Source: a virus
Virus record (IMG/VR): IMGVR_UViG_3300032265_003779
Span: 1 to 64,000 of that record
Reading direction: 5' to 3' (one strand)
DNA length: 64,000 bases
Below the pieces are notes generated by a model, which was given only the letters and a program-made list of their open reading frames with translations, was not told where the DNA came from and did no database searches. The translations under genes and the position numbers were made by a program. Of the stretch, positions 47,317-56,529 are shown piece after piece (within the stretch, counting starts at the first letter, position 1; each line of letters starts with the position of its first letter).

Positions 47317-49244
47317 TTTAATCCTTCAGAAGAAAGATTTATTTTTTTGTGATATTGTTCAATAAGATCAAAGAATTTTTCTTTTTGCGTACCACCAATG
47401 TATGAATATAAATATTTTGCAATAGATAAAATCTCTGGTTTCTTGATTTTAGTAATCCTATCACTACCTATTAATTCAAAAATTGATTCTAAATAGTTTT
47501 CTGGGATGTCCTTAGTAGCTTTAGTGAATGCACCGCCGAACATACCAGAATACCACTTTAATATAACTACTACAGCACTAGTGCTTATGTCTTTACTTAA
47601 AAGCCATTTTAAAAATTTAATTTGATAATTAAAATTATTTAACATCATTTGCTTTAATATAAATTCAACTAATTTTCCGGTTATTTTAGCTGTTCTGTTA
47701 TTTAGTATCATTTCTAAAACATCAAATCCATTTTGAGTTACTACTGATGATATGCCATATTCATCTAAATTATTAAGAACTTCTGGTCCTAAAAGGACTA
47801 TTGTTTTTTCTCGTTCTTTACTATGATCTTTTGGTCCGAATTCGTTAATAATCTTCTCGATAGCACCAGAATTTAAATTTGATTTTTTGATAACATCTAT
47901 GTTATCTTTTAATATTTGATATATATTGCCAGGATCGCTTGAAAGAATATTCTTAATAACAAAGCTTGAAATATTGCTAACCCCAACCTCCTTAAAAGAG
48001 TTTGACATTTTTTCAGCAAACTCATCTATTACTTTTTGTGCACCAAGTTTTTTAATAAAAGATTGTAATAATTTATCTTGGTCGTAAGATAAGAATGCAC
48101 TGTCAAACCAACTTGGATCTTTATATTTTATCAGATTTCTTAAAACTTCTATTGACTGATTTTTATCCATTCTTTCTAAGAATGAGTTAATATTTTTAGC
48201 ACCTATATTTTTATAAATATCAGAAGTATCTTCTGAATTCATCAATTCATCAAAACTATAGCTTCTGCTTAAATTGTAACATTTTATCTTAGATTTTAAA
48301 TTTTTATTTAAAATATCATAAACATCACCTTCTAATTCTTTAACTGGTGTGTTGTCTACATCCATGAATTGGTGGTTACGATCATCATTGCAATCTACGA
48401 ACTGATAAGCCGGTTTATCATCTATATGAATTGTGTATATGTTGTTTTTAGAATAATATGGATGATAAGTTCCTTGAGGATTTGCTGTACACCAAACTGT
48501 TCCTTTTCCATATTTACATAATATCATTTGCCGATCTTTTAATGTTTTATCGTCTGGGTTTACTTTGTCTAACGGAGCTCCTACTAGAGCATTTTGTCTT
48601 ATACTATCAAGAGATGGTCCTTTTTCTATCGCTGGAATAAAATATACTTTAATATTTTTTTCACTTTCAATTAACTTTACATATCTTTCATCATCTCCTA
48701 GGGTTTCTCCTTTTTTCTTCATCTTTAACTTAGTTCTATTGCTTATTTCTTGTTGAGCAACTATATAAGCGTCCACATACTGTTGTGCCTCTGCTCCTAT
48801 TGTCATCCAGCCTTTAGTTCCAATTTCAGTTTTAGGCAATTCACCATTGTCTACTCTTTGCTTGGTTACGTCTATGGCTAACTCAAGATCTTCTTGATGA
48901 ATTTCAAGTCTTTTAAATATTGAAAATCCTAAACTAAAAGCAAACCAATTGTAATTTTCAACATTTTTTTCTTTTAAAACATTTATTATAATATCTTTGG
49001 TTTGTTGGTTTATTATGCTATGTAAACTTTCTTTATCAGCATCACTTAAGGTTTTAGGATCAACTCCTATCACAGACTCACGTTCAAATTCCGTTTGGTG
49101 GTACGCTGGGAGGATAATCCAAGAATAAGGTTTAAGCAATCTTTTTTCATTTCCTTTAGCATATTGAAAAGCCAATTCAAGCCATTTATTAAAGTTTTCT
49201 TCTATGTTTTCATTTAAAAATAACCAATGTTTAAAAAATGTCAT
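47313..49244 (-). CDS. Putative packaged protein, paralog B (WCTA-domain)
   Basis: MTFFKHWLFLNE; paralog of ORF 44931. Confidence 0.8.
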   Translation of the reverse strand: MTFFKHWLFLNENIEENFNKWLELAFQYAKGNEKRLLKPYSWIILPAYHQTEFERESVIGVDPKTLSDADKESLHSIINQQTKDIIINVLKEKNVENYNWFAFSLGFSIFKRLEIHQEDLELAIDVTKQRVDNGELPKTEIGTKGWMTIGAEAQQYVDAYIVAQQEISNRTKLKMKKKGETLGDDERYVKLIESEKNIKVYFIPAIEKGPSLDSIRQNALVGAPLDKVNPDDKTLKDRQMILCKYGKGTVWCTANPQGTYHPYYSKNNIYTIHIDDKPAYQFVDCNDDRNHQFMDVDNTPVKELEGDVYDILNKNLKSKIKCYNLSRSYSFDELMNSEDTSDIYKNIGAKNINSFLERMDKNQSIEVLRNLIKYKDPSWFDSAFLSYDQDKLLQSFIKKLGAQKVIDEFAEKMSNSFKEVGVSNISSFVIKNILSSDPGNIYQILKDNIDVIKKSNLNSGAIEKIINEFGPKDHSKEREKTIVLLGPEVLNNLDEYGISSVVTQNGFDVLEMILNNRTAKITGKLVEFILKQMMLNNFNYQIKFLKWLLSKDISTSAVVVILKWYSGMFGGAFTKATKDIPENYLESIFELIGSDRITKIKKPEILSIAKYLYSYIGGTQKEKFFDLIEQYHKKINLSSEGLK

Positions 49245-49263
49245 AATAATTATTTATCCGTGT

Positions 49264-49932
49264 TTAATTAAACCTACTGTGTTTTTCTTTAAAAGCTATT
49301 GCTGAATTTTTGAAACCTGCTAGGGCGTCCATTCCTCCGTTAACTCCACCTTTTTCTCCGCTTATCCTTCCTGTCCAGTCCATTATTATTAGGTGTATTA
49401 AAATTTTAACTTTTCTTTCATTTTTATAATTTCCATCTTTGTCTAAAATTAAATTACCCAATCTTCTGGATAGTTGTCCGTCTCTTAAATTCATATGATT
49501 ATCTATACAGAAATAAAGATCGCTTAGCTCATCTGGGGCTAAATTATTTAGCATGTTTTTTGCAACTGGGTGTAGCTTATCGATCATAGGAAGATAGTGA
49601 GTAGATCTTTGATGATCTATTGCTTGTATTTTTCCTTCTCCTCCAGCCGACCAATGTTTTCCGCCAATAGTGGTAGCACTAGCTTTGCCAATATCGTGAA
49701 GCCAAGCTGCCATTTTTAATATTTTTTCTTCTTTTTCATCTAAATGAAAGTTTATATTTTTAAATGGAAATTTATTAGATTCTTTAGATAATAAATTTTT
49801 AGCAGTATCTAAAGATTTTCTTACCATTCTTGTGTGGTTGAGAACATTACCTTCTGCATGGTGATCTGGATTTTGAGGAACTGGTTCTAGAAGATCTTTA
49901 AAACTTGTTTCTAACCATAATTTAAATTCCAT
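49264..49932 (-). CDS. HD-domain phosphohydrolase (resembles the HD domain of CCA-adding/PNK enzymes)
   Basis: Q-x-P-x-HHAEG-x-V-x-x-HT, LHDIGK, H...NHM...D; leader MEFKLWLE. Confidence 0.82.
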   Translation of the reverse strand: MEFKLWLETSFKDLLEPVPQNPDHHAEGNVLNHTRMVRKSLDTAKNLLSKESNKFPFKNINFHLDEKEEKILKMAAWLHDIGKASATTIGGKHWSAGGEGKIQAIDHQRSTHYLPMIDKLHPVAKNMLNNLAPDELSDLYFCIDNHMNLRDGQLSRRLGNLILDKDGNYKNERKVKILIHLIIMDWTGRISGEKGGVNGGMDALAGFKNSAIAFKEKHSRFN

Positions 49933-49998
49933 AAACACCTCTTTAATTTATATTGTATTTAGTCCTATATTTGAAAAATTAACACTAATTTAATTATT

Positions 49999-50571
49999 AT
50001 GAAGCTGCCATATCGTGTGACTGTTACGCCTCCAAAAACATCTGATCAGAGGGGAAATTTAATAACTCCTCCTTCTTTCAATTTAGAGTTTATTCAAATA
50101 AACTATGTAGATAGCCCAAGCAATAAAACTGTTAATGCTAATATTTTCCCTTTTCCTTTGCCTTTAAAGTTATGGCATGGAGAAGAATATGATTCCATAG
50201 GAGATTGGACTCAAAAACAAGCTGAAAATAGAGTTTTTGAAGTTTTAGGTAATGATATACAAAAAAGTTTAAATGATCTTTATCCGGCTACATTGGAGGA
50301 CGATCCTAATGGTCCAGGAAGCATATTGAGCAAAATGTTAAGTAAGGTTGGAATAAAAGCTACACCTAATTGTAGTTGCAAACAACGTGCAATAACAATG
50401 AATAAAAACGGAGTGGAATGGTGTGAAAACAATATGGATACTATTCTTGGATGGCTCAAAGAAGAATCTGATAAAAGAAACCTTCCTTTCGTTGAAATTG
50501 TCGCAAAAATGCTTGTTTATAGGGCTATAAATAAATCAAAAAAATTAAACAAGAGTATAGATAAAGCATAG
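49999..50571 (+). CDS. Hypothetical protein with CSC motif
   Basis: GPGS...CSCKQRA...MN...WC. Confidence 0.7.
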   Translation: MKLPYRVTVTPPKTSDQRGNLITPPSFNLEFIQINYVDSPSNKTVNANIFPFPLPLKLWHGEEYDSIGDWTQKQAENRVFEVLGNDIQKSLNDLYPATLEDDPNGPGSILSKMLSKVGIKATPNCSCKQRAITMNKNGVEWCENNMDTILGWLKEESDKRNLPFVEIVAKMLVYRAINKSKKLNKSIDKA

Positions 50572-50581
50572 GAGAAAACGG

Positions 50582-52258
50582 ATGTCAGATGGTCCAGCAA
50601 CATATTTTAAATACGATCTTTGTTTAGGATCTATTACAGGTTTAATATCTATTTCGTATGATACAAATCCAGGGAATGTTAATCCTTTGGCTGTGCCGAT
50701 TAATTTTAAGATAACTTGGAATGGATTGCAGTTTGAAAGTGGGTTTAGAGGATCTTCTAGTTTTGATACAAATCTTCTTGATGCTGGCTATACAGCCACG
50801 ACAGGAGGATCTACTGGAACTTTAGAGTTTAATAAAAACTCTGAAACTCCCTCGTGTGGATTATTAGAAGTTTTCTCTCCATTAAGTAATTCTAAAGCTG
50901 ATTTTAATGTAGTTTGTGGTGTAACCCCTGTACCACCACAAACGCCTGGACCTACACCAACTCCTCCTGCTGTAACACCAACAGCAGCGTGTGTTATGGG
51001 TTGTGCGGATGCTCCGCCACCGACAATAGCTCCTGATGGTCCATTTAACATGAGTTTGTGTTGTCCTGGGGCTGGGGCAGGTGGTGACGTTCACTTTTAT
51101 TGGAATGGAAACAGTGCTGTTAGTGGTGGCAGTGGTATGTGGAATAATTTTGCTGTAGCTGATGACAATCATACTTGGATCGGGGACCATTGGGTTATAG
51201 AGTGGTGTGAAATTAAACAAAACGGAAATGTTAATGCAATATTTAGCCGTAGAACTCAGCCATGTTTGTTTCCAGGAACAACAGTATGCTCTTCTGTAAA
51301 AACTATAGGGAGTCTAAGCTCTTCTGGACTTTCTTTTAGGTGGAAGAGAAAGAAAGTTCCAGTATCAAATTGTGGTTGTACTAAAGATGAGTATTGGTAT
51401 ACAAGAAGCTGTTCTATAAGACCAACAAGAATTTTTGAAAATCAAAAATTTGGTGGGATACAGTGGGATTTTATGAAATGGATATCAGGATATAAAAACT
51501 CTAATCTACAAAACGGAATAACTGGACCTTTTGGCTATTTCTCAAGCTTCTCAAGAAACGGCAAATTTAGAATTTTTAAAGATGATACTCCAACTGCTCA
51601 GGATGTAATGAACTTTTATAATCAGTTGGATGCAGACATATTTTCGGCAAACAATATTATTAATGATCTAATTGATATGGCAGCACAAATAGATGAGTAT
51701 AAACAAAATGAAACATTGGATCTAACACAAGCTGTTTCATACAGAAATTCCAACATGCCAAAACCATTAGATCTAGGGAGCTCTGATCCCTGCTGTAAAG
51801 CAGGAGACATAAATTGGCTAGATTCACCATGTGGAATAGATGAAGCAGGTTGGTGGTCAAAATCTGATTGTACTTGTGAATATTCTGAATCTGATCCTGG
51901 CTATGGTTTGGGTGGTCCTTTTGAAACACAGGCAGAGTGTTTTAATGTTGGATCTTGTGGATCTAGTTTTGATTGTATAGATGGAACTTGTGTCGAAGTA
52001 GCATATGGAGATGGTCCGTTCTCGACATATCAAGATTGTTTAGATTATGGGTGTGAAATTCTTCCAACAGCAACAGCTCCAACACCAACGGCAACAATGC
52101 CAACACCAACAGCAACGGCTCCAACACCAACGGCAACAATGCCAACACCAACAGCAACGATGCCAACACCAACAGCAACGGCTCCAACACCAACAGCAAC
52201 GGCTCCAACACCAACAGGAACGCGTGTAACGCCTGGACCAACCGCTCCCGCTCCTTGA
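50582..52258 (+). CDS. Cys-rich structural/fibre protein with Thr-Pro tail
   Basis: Many Cys; two GPF-x-T-x-x-x-C repeats; (PTATxPT)n. Confidence 0.75.
   Translation: MSDGPATYFKYDLCLGSITGLISISYDTNPGNVNPLAVPINFKITWNGLQFESGFRGSSSFDTNLLDAGYTATTGGSTGTLEFNKNSETPSCGLLEVFSPLSNSKADFNVVCGVTPVPPQTPGPTPTPPAVTPTAACVMGCADAPPPTIAPDGPFNMSLCCPGAGAGGDVHFYWNGNSAVSGGSGMWNNFAVADDNHTWIGDHWVIEWCEIKQNGNVNAIFSRRTQPCLFPGTTVCSSVKTIGSLSSSGLSFRWKRKKVPVSNCGCTKDEYWYTRSCSIRPTRIFENQKFGGIQWDFMKWISGYKNSNLQNGITGPFGYFSSFSRNGKFRIFKDDTPTAQDVMNFYNQLDADIFSANNIINDLIDMAAQIDEYKQNETLDLTQAVSYRNSNMPKPLDLGSSDPCCKAGDINWLDSPCGIDEAGWWSKSDCTCEYSESDPGYGLGGPFETQAECFNVGSCGSSFDCIDGTCVEVAYGDGPFSTYQDCLDYGCEILPTATAPTPTATMPTPTATAPTPTATMPTPTATMPTPTATAPTPTATAPTPTGTRVTPGPTAPAP
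52063..52216 (+). repeat. 21-nt tandem repeat encoding PTPTAT[A/M]
   Basis: Directly visible. Confidence 0.9.
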
Positions 52259-52264
52259 TTCTTT

Positions 52265-53026
52265 TCAGCTTTCTAAGTAGTCTATTAGGTCTTCACAATT
52301 TTCAAGAGATTTATATTTTTTCTGTTCTATGGTCATATTCTTTATTGCATTTGATAAAGCTTCTTTGTTTAAATCTTTTTCTTCTATTAAGTATTGCCTT
52401 AATATAAAGAGGCAAAAGCCATGATCAGGGAAACCGACAGTTACTTGCCTTTCTATTTTAACATTAACTTCTAGGCATTTTTTATCAAATTTTTTATAAG
52501 GTAGTCTTGGATGAAAATTATATCTTTTTTCATGTATTACGCTCCAAACAAATCTTTCAAATATTCCTCCATAAACCATGGCTTCAACCATCTTTTTACT
52601 ATTTTTTAAATTCATAGGAACAGGCTGATGTATTTCATCAAAACTTTTACCTATTTTTTCTTCTGGGAACCAGTGACTTGAAAAGCAAACATGAGCACTA
52701 CTTAAATAATCTTTATCTCCATCTATTCTATGGATCAAAAAGTCTTCATTTAATTCTTTTACTATATCTTTATAATTACTGGATTGGATTTTTCCGGGAT
52801 AATTTTCAATTATAAAATTTTTGGAAATTTCATAAAACTCTGCTGGATTATTATATTCAAAAAAACATTTTTGATTTTCGAGGGCTTCTTTTTTTTCTTT
52901 TTGAATTAAAATACTATCATGGTTGTCTTCTTCAAAAACTTCATTTAATTGAAGTTTTCTCAGATTAGGAAGAGTGTTGTAGCCATTTCTATAAGCGTGG
53001 TATGCCATACTTACAGTATAATTCAA
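52265..53026 (-). CDS. DUF3445 / heme-dependent oxidative N-demethylase alpha-like protein
   Basis: EDF, VCFSSHW-x-PEEKIG-x-x-F-x-EIH-x-PVP, ERF-x-WS, ERQ. Confidence 0.78.
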   Translation of the reverse strand: MNYTVSMAYHAYRNGYNTLPNLRKLQLNEVFEEDNHDSILIQKEKKEALENQKCFFEYNNPAEFYEISKNFIIENYPGKIQSSNYKDIVKELNEDFLIHRIDGDKDYLSSAHVCFSSHWFPEEKIGKSFDEIHQPVPMNLKNSKKMVEAMVYGGIFERFVWSVIHEKRYNFHPRLPYKKFDKKCLEVNVKIERQVTVGFPDHGFCLFILRQYLIEEKDLNKEALSNAIKNMTIEQKKYKSLENCEDLIDYLES

Positions 53027-53505
53027 CTATTCTTATTTTTCAACCATTCTGAGAATTTTTTAATTTCACTATCCTTTTTCCAACTTATTCTTTTACTACT
53101 TTTTTTTCTTTTTTTGCCTTTTGGATTACAGGCAGATAAATTTGGTCTACAGGCAGGATATTTTCTTTCTGCACCTTTGCCTGTTTTTTTTCTTCCGCAA
53201 GGCACTAAATTTCCTTTTTTGCTGGCTTTGCAGTCTATCCATCCTTTTCCATGATTTCTATCAAACCAACCTTTCAAACCTCTTTCTTTTTCTAGTTTAA
53301 ATATATTTTCTTGAACTTTAAACTCTCCCTCTATCTCCAATTGTTCTTTTTTTGTTTTATTTCCCCAATTTTTTGCTCCTACTTTGCGACACCTAACCAA
53401 TGATCCTGAACCGTAGGCCGAAGGCCAAATACGATACCTCGACTTTACTTTATAATAACACGCATCTTTCTCTTCTCTTAATTCAAGCCATTTATTAAAT
53501 TTCAT
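53023..53505 (-). CDS. Basic putative head internal protein (start corrected to MKFNKWLE)
   Basis: DACYYKVK...WPSAY...CRK and GW-x-DC...PCGR...YPACRP modules. Confidence 0.75.
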   Translation of the reverse strand: MKFNKWLELREEKDACYYKVKSRYRIWPSAYGSGSLVRCRKVGAKNWGNKTKKEQLEIEGEFKVQENIFKLEKERGLKGWFDRNHGKGWIDCKASKKGNLVPCGRKKTGKGAERKYPACRPNLSACNPKGKKRKKSSKRISWKKDSEIKKFSEWLKNKNS

Positions 53506-53532
53506 AATACTTATATATATTGTATTATGAAA
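53500..53532. promoter_or_regulatory. Bidirectional TATATATA late promoter between two leaderless genes
   Basis: TTTCATAATAC-TTATATATATT-GTATTATGAAA; octamer at 53512-53519 lies 6 and 7 nt from the two starts. Confidence 0.65.
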
Positions 53533-54243
53533 AATTTCATACAATTCCTGCTAGAAGAGAAAACAAAAAACACTGAATTTAAAACAATTTTTGATTCTTT
53601 AGAAAAGAAGAAACAAATATTGTTTTTAACAACAAGCAATAGGTGGAAGCCAGAAGAAAAACCAAAGACTACTCAAATAGCATACTTTATCAAAGATAAT
53701 CTTAAAAATAAAAATTTAAAAATAATAGAAACCCCATCTTTAAACATACATCCTTGCGAAGGAAATATAAGTAGTAAAAAAGGGAATGGTTGTGGCTTAA
53801 AAGAATCTTTATTGAAAGATAAAAATAAAAATCCCAGTGGACTCCATAGGTGTTGGTGCAGCTTAAACAATAAAGATGATGAGCTTTGGAAAATATCAAA
53901 AGAACTATTTACTAGTGATTGTGTAATATTTTTTGGTTCTGTTCGTTGGGGAAGCATGAATAGTTATTATCAAAAACTTATAGAGCGATTAAGTTGGATT
54001 GAAAACAGACATACAACTTTCGGTGAAAATAATGTGGTTAAAAATATTAGTGCTGGTCTTGTTATTATGGGGCACAATTGGAATGTTGATCAAGTAATGG
54101 AAACACAAAAACAAGTTTTAAAATTTTATGGATTTAAAATTGAAGAAAACTTATGCTGGAATCGCCAGTGGACAAAAGATTCAAAAGAAGAAACGTCAAA
54201 AGGGTATAAAAAAGATAATGAGGAGTTCAAAGAGATTATTTGA
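53527..54243 (+). CDS. Flavodoxin-fold NAD(P)H-dependent FMN reductase / iron-sulfur flavoprotein-like
   Basis: LTTSNR, I-x-PC-x-G, CWC, D-x-VIFFGSVRWG, IER; leader MKNFIQFLLEE. Confidence 0.8.
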   Translation: MKNFIQFLLEEKTKNTEFKTIFDSLEKKKQILFLTTSNRWKPEEKPKTTQIAYFIKDNLKNKNLKIIETPSLNIHPCEGNISSKKGNGCGLKESLLKDKNKNPSGLHRCWCSLNNKDDELWKISKELFTSDCVIFFGSVRWGSMNSYYQKLIERLSWIENRHTTFGENNVVKNISAGLVIMGHNWNVDQVMETQKQVLKFYGFKIEENLCWNRQWTKDSKEETSKGYKKDNEEFKEII

Positions 54244-54259
54244 AAGCATATATAATATT

Positions 54260-54850
54260 ATGAGATTTAAACTTTGGCTGGAGACTGTGGCAGGGACACT
54301 AGGAACAGAATTGGTAGACGAATCACAAATAGATTCTGTCTATGATAAGGCTAAAATTTCAGTCAAACTTGTTCAACTATATGCCAGAGAAAATAGACTA
54401 AAATTATTAAATAACATATCAACTGTAGCTAATTTAAGCTCGGGAGCATATGGGCTTTATAACTCTGCTATGAATAAAAAGGTCATAAATCAAAATGCTA
54501 TTCAGAAAATAAGATTTAAGTTTGGAGATGATATTTTTAAAAATAATAAAATTAATAGCATTCCAGAAGTTGTTATTAGGAAATATATACCAGAAATACA
54601 AGATGTAGAAGTACAGCCTAGTGATGTTATTTACGTTAATGTAAATAGAATAATTAAAGAGCTTGGAGATACACCACAAGCGATATTAGAAATTGCATCT
54701 ACAATAGTGCACGAAGCAACTCATGAAAAAGAACGTGAGGAAAAAGGTTCTACAAGTGAAACATTACCTGTCATGGAGGAAAAGAAGTTTTTAAATTGGT
54801 TTAAAATAAATAAAATTAGACTTGTTCAAAAATTTCCACAATTATCATGA
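54260..54850 (+). CDS. HExxH zincin-like protein (start corrected to MRFKLWLE)
   Basis: IYVN...STIVHEATH...E. Confidence 0.7.
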   Translation: MRFKLWLETVAGTLGTELVDESQIDSVYDKAKISVKLVQLYARENRLKLLNNISTVANLSSGAYGLYNSAMNKKVINQNAIQKIRFKFGDDIFKNNKINSIPEVVIRKYIPEIQDVEVQPSDVIYVNVNRIIKELGDTPQAILEIASTIVHEATHEKEREEKGSTSETLPVMEEKKFLNWFKINKIRLVQKFPQLS

Positions 54851-55464
54851 ATACTACAGAAGCATTCAAACAATATCAAAAAAATAAATTTTATAACTCT
54901 ATAAAGAAACAAACTACAGAGCTTGGCTTTGACCCAAAATATTTACCACAAGAAAAAGATAGAACCAACTTTGGCTATAAGTTAGACTGGGAGAATAAAA
55001 CTAAAGAAGTAGAATATTTATTAAGCAAAAATGGATTAGAAGTATATTTGGTAAATTCGAAAAACGACCCAATTTTAACTCCTAATCCGCACACACCAGA
55101 AAGACCAGTAGGCTCACAGAGTAAACCTGGAATCTCTTACGAAAAAACATATAGAACAAAAAGAATAAAAAAGTCTAGAACTGATTTTGCATTATACAAT
55201 AATATTAAAAACTATTATGAGTCTAATAATAGATTTTTTGATTTTACAAAAAAAAGAGTTGTTAAAAATTCTCCTGTTTATGATGTAATAGAATCTGTTC
55301 TTGATCTTAGGATTGATATTTTATCCTCTAAAGAGTGTATTATAAATGGAGGATCTCCATCTATAAATAATTTTTCATATATGTTATTTGGAGGAAACTC
55401 ATCTTCTGATGATCCCATAACGGTAGAAGAATGGTGTGCAACAAATCAACCTAATTATTACTAA
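54847..55464 (+). CDS. Hypothetical protein
   Basis: ATGA-coupled ORF. Confidence 0.7.
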   Translation: MNTTEAFKQYQKNKFYNSIKKQTTELGFDPKYLPQEKDRTNFGYKLDWENKTKEVEYLLSKNGLEVYLVNSKNDPILTPNPHTPERPVGSQSKPGISYEKTYRTKRIKKSRTDFALYNNIKNYYESNNRFFDFTKKRVVKNSPVYDVIESVLDLRIDILSSKECIINGGSPSINNFSYMLFGGNSSSDDPITVEEWCATNQPNYY

Positions 55465-55473
55465 CTTATATTT

Positions 55474-56526
55474 ATGAGCACTATAATCCCAAATATATCG
55501 AAACCTTATTTATTAGATGAATTTTTAGCATCATTTGATTTTACTGTTTGCTTATTTACAAATAATATTGTTGGAAATGAAAACCCGATAAATTTTGATC
55601 AACCTGTTTTTCATGGATATGTTGATAAAAAGCTATCTCCAGAAAAATGGAGCGTATCAGAATTAAATGAAAATTATGCAACATGCACCTATATTGAACC
55701 AATAATGTTTTTCAATAATGGTAATGAAAATTCAGAACAAATATATGGATATTATGTAAAAAATAATCTTGAAGATATTTTGTGGTATGATAAATTTGAA
55801 AACTCTAAAGTTATAGACTCTAAAAAAGCAATAATAGTAAAACTTGCGGTTAATTTAAATAAACCTCTTGGAGGATTATCACTTGTTTCTTTGGTTTTGA
55901 AAAGTTCTGATAGCTCTATACCTATAACTCTTTCATCTGTATCTATAGGAACAGAAACTTGGGGTGATGTATCATCTGGGGGCTACCTAGTGGATGTTAC
56001 TGGTCGGAGTTTTAATTCTGCTAACAGTATGTTTAATTTATTATTAAGATCCGATATAGTTCCCAGTTCTGATAACCCCTATAATTTTACATATGAAATA
56101 CAAAGTTATGGGTTTAATAATTTGAGCACAAGCTCTTCGATAGTTAATTCTGGCGTTACTGTTATTGAAAAAACTTTATATCCCACCAATCCTCCTACAA
56201 CAACTCCTCCAGCAACACTTCCCCCAAATGGACAAACAATAACTTTACATGGTCCATCAGAAACAAAAGTAGGATTAACTCTCAACACAGCAATAGAAGA
56301 TTCAAATTTTGTTTTTACATATTTAGAAAATTCTCTTGTTTCTTTTCCTGATGTGATGCTTATTTACATTAATAATGTTTTAGTAGCTCAAGTAGATTGT
56401 TTTACTTTATATATGGGACAAAATTTTACATTAAATTATCAAGGATATACCTTAAGTGGAGTTTTTCATTCAGACGTTCATTTTCAAGTAGCCCCGCCTG
56501 GTCCGAATTTTCCCGTGCCTGGCTGA
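55474..56526 (+). CDS. Probable tail/fibre structural protein
   Basis: LFTNN...GY...W...IYGYYV domain; PTTTPP linker. Confidence 0.65.
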   Translation: MSTIIPNISKPYLLDEFLASFDFTVCLFTNNIVGNENPINFDQPVFHGYVDKKLSPEKWSVSELNENYATCTYIEPIMFFNNGNENSEQIYGYYVKNNLEDILWYDKFENSKVIDSKKAIIVKLAVNLNKPLGGLSLVSLVLKSSDSSIPITLSSVSIGTETWGDVSSGGYLVDVTGRSFNSANSMFNLLLRSDIVPSSDNPYNFTYEIQSYGFNNLSTSSSIVNSGVTVIEKTLYPTNPPTTTPPATLPPNGQTITLHGPSETKVGLTLNTAIEDSNFVFTYLENSLVSFPDVMLIYINNVLVAQVDCFTLYMGQNFTLNYQGYTLSGVFHSDVHFQVAPPGPNFPVPG

Positions 56527-56529
56527 GTG

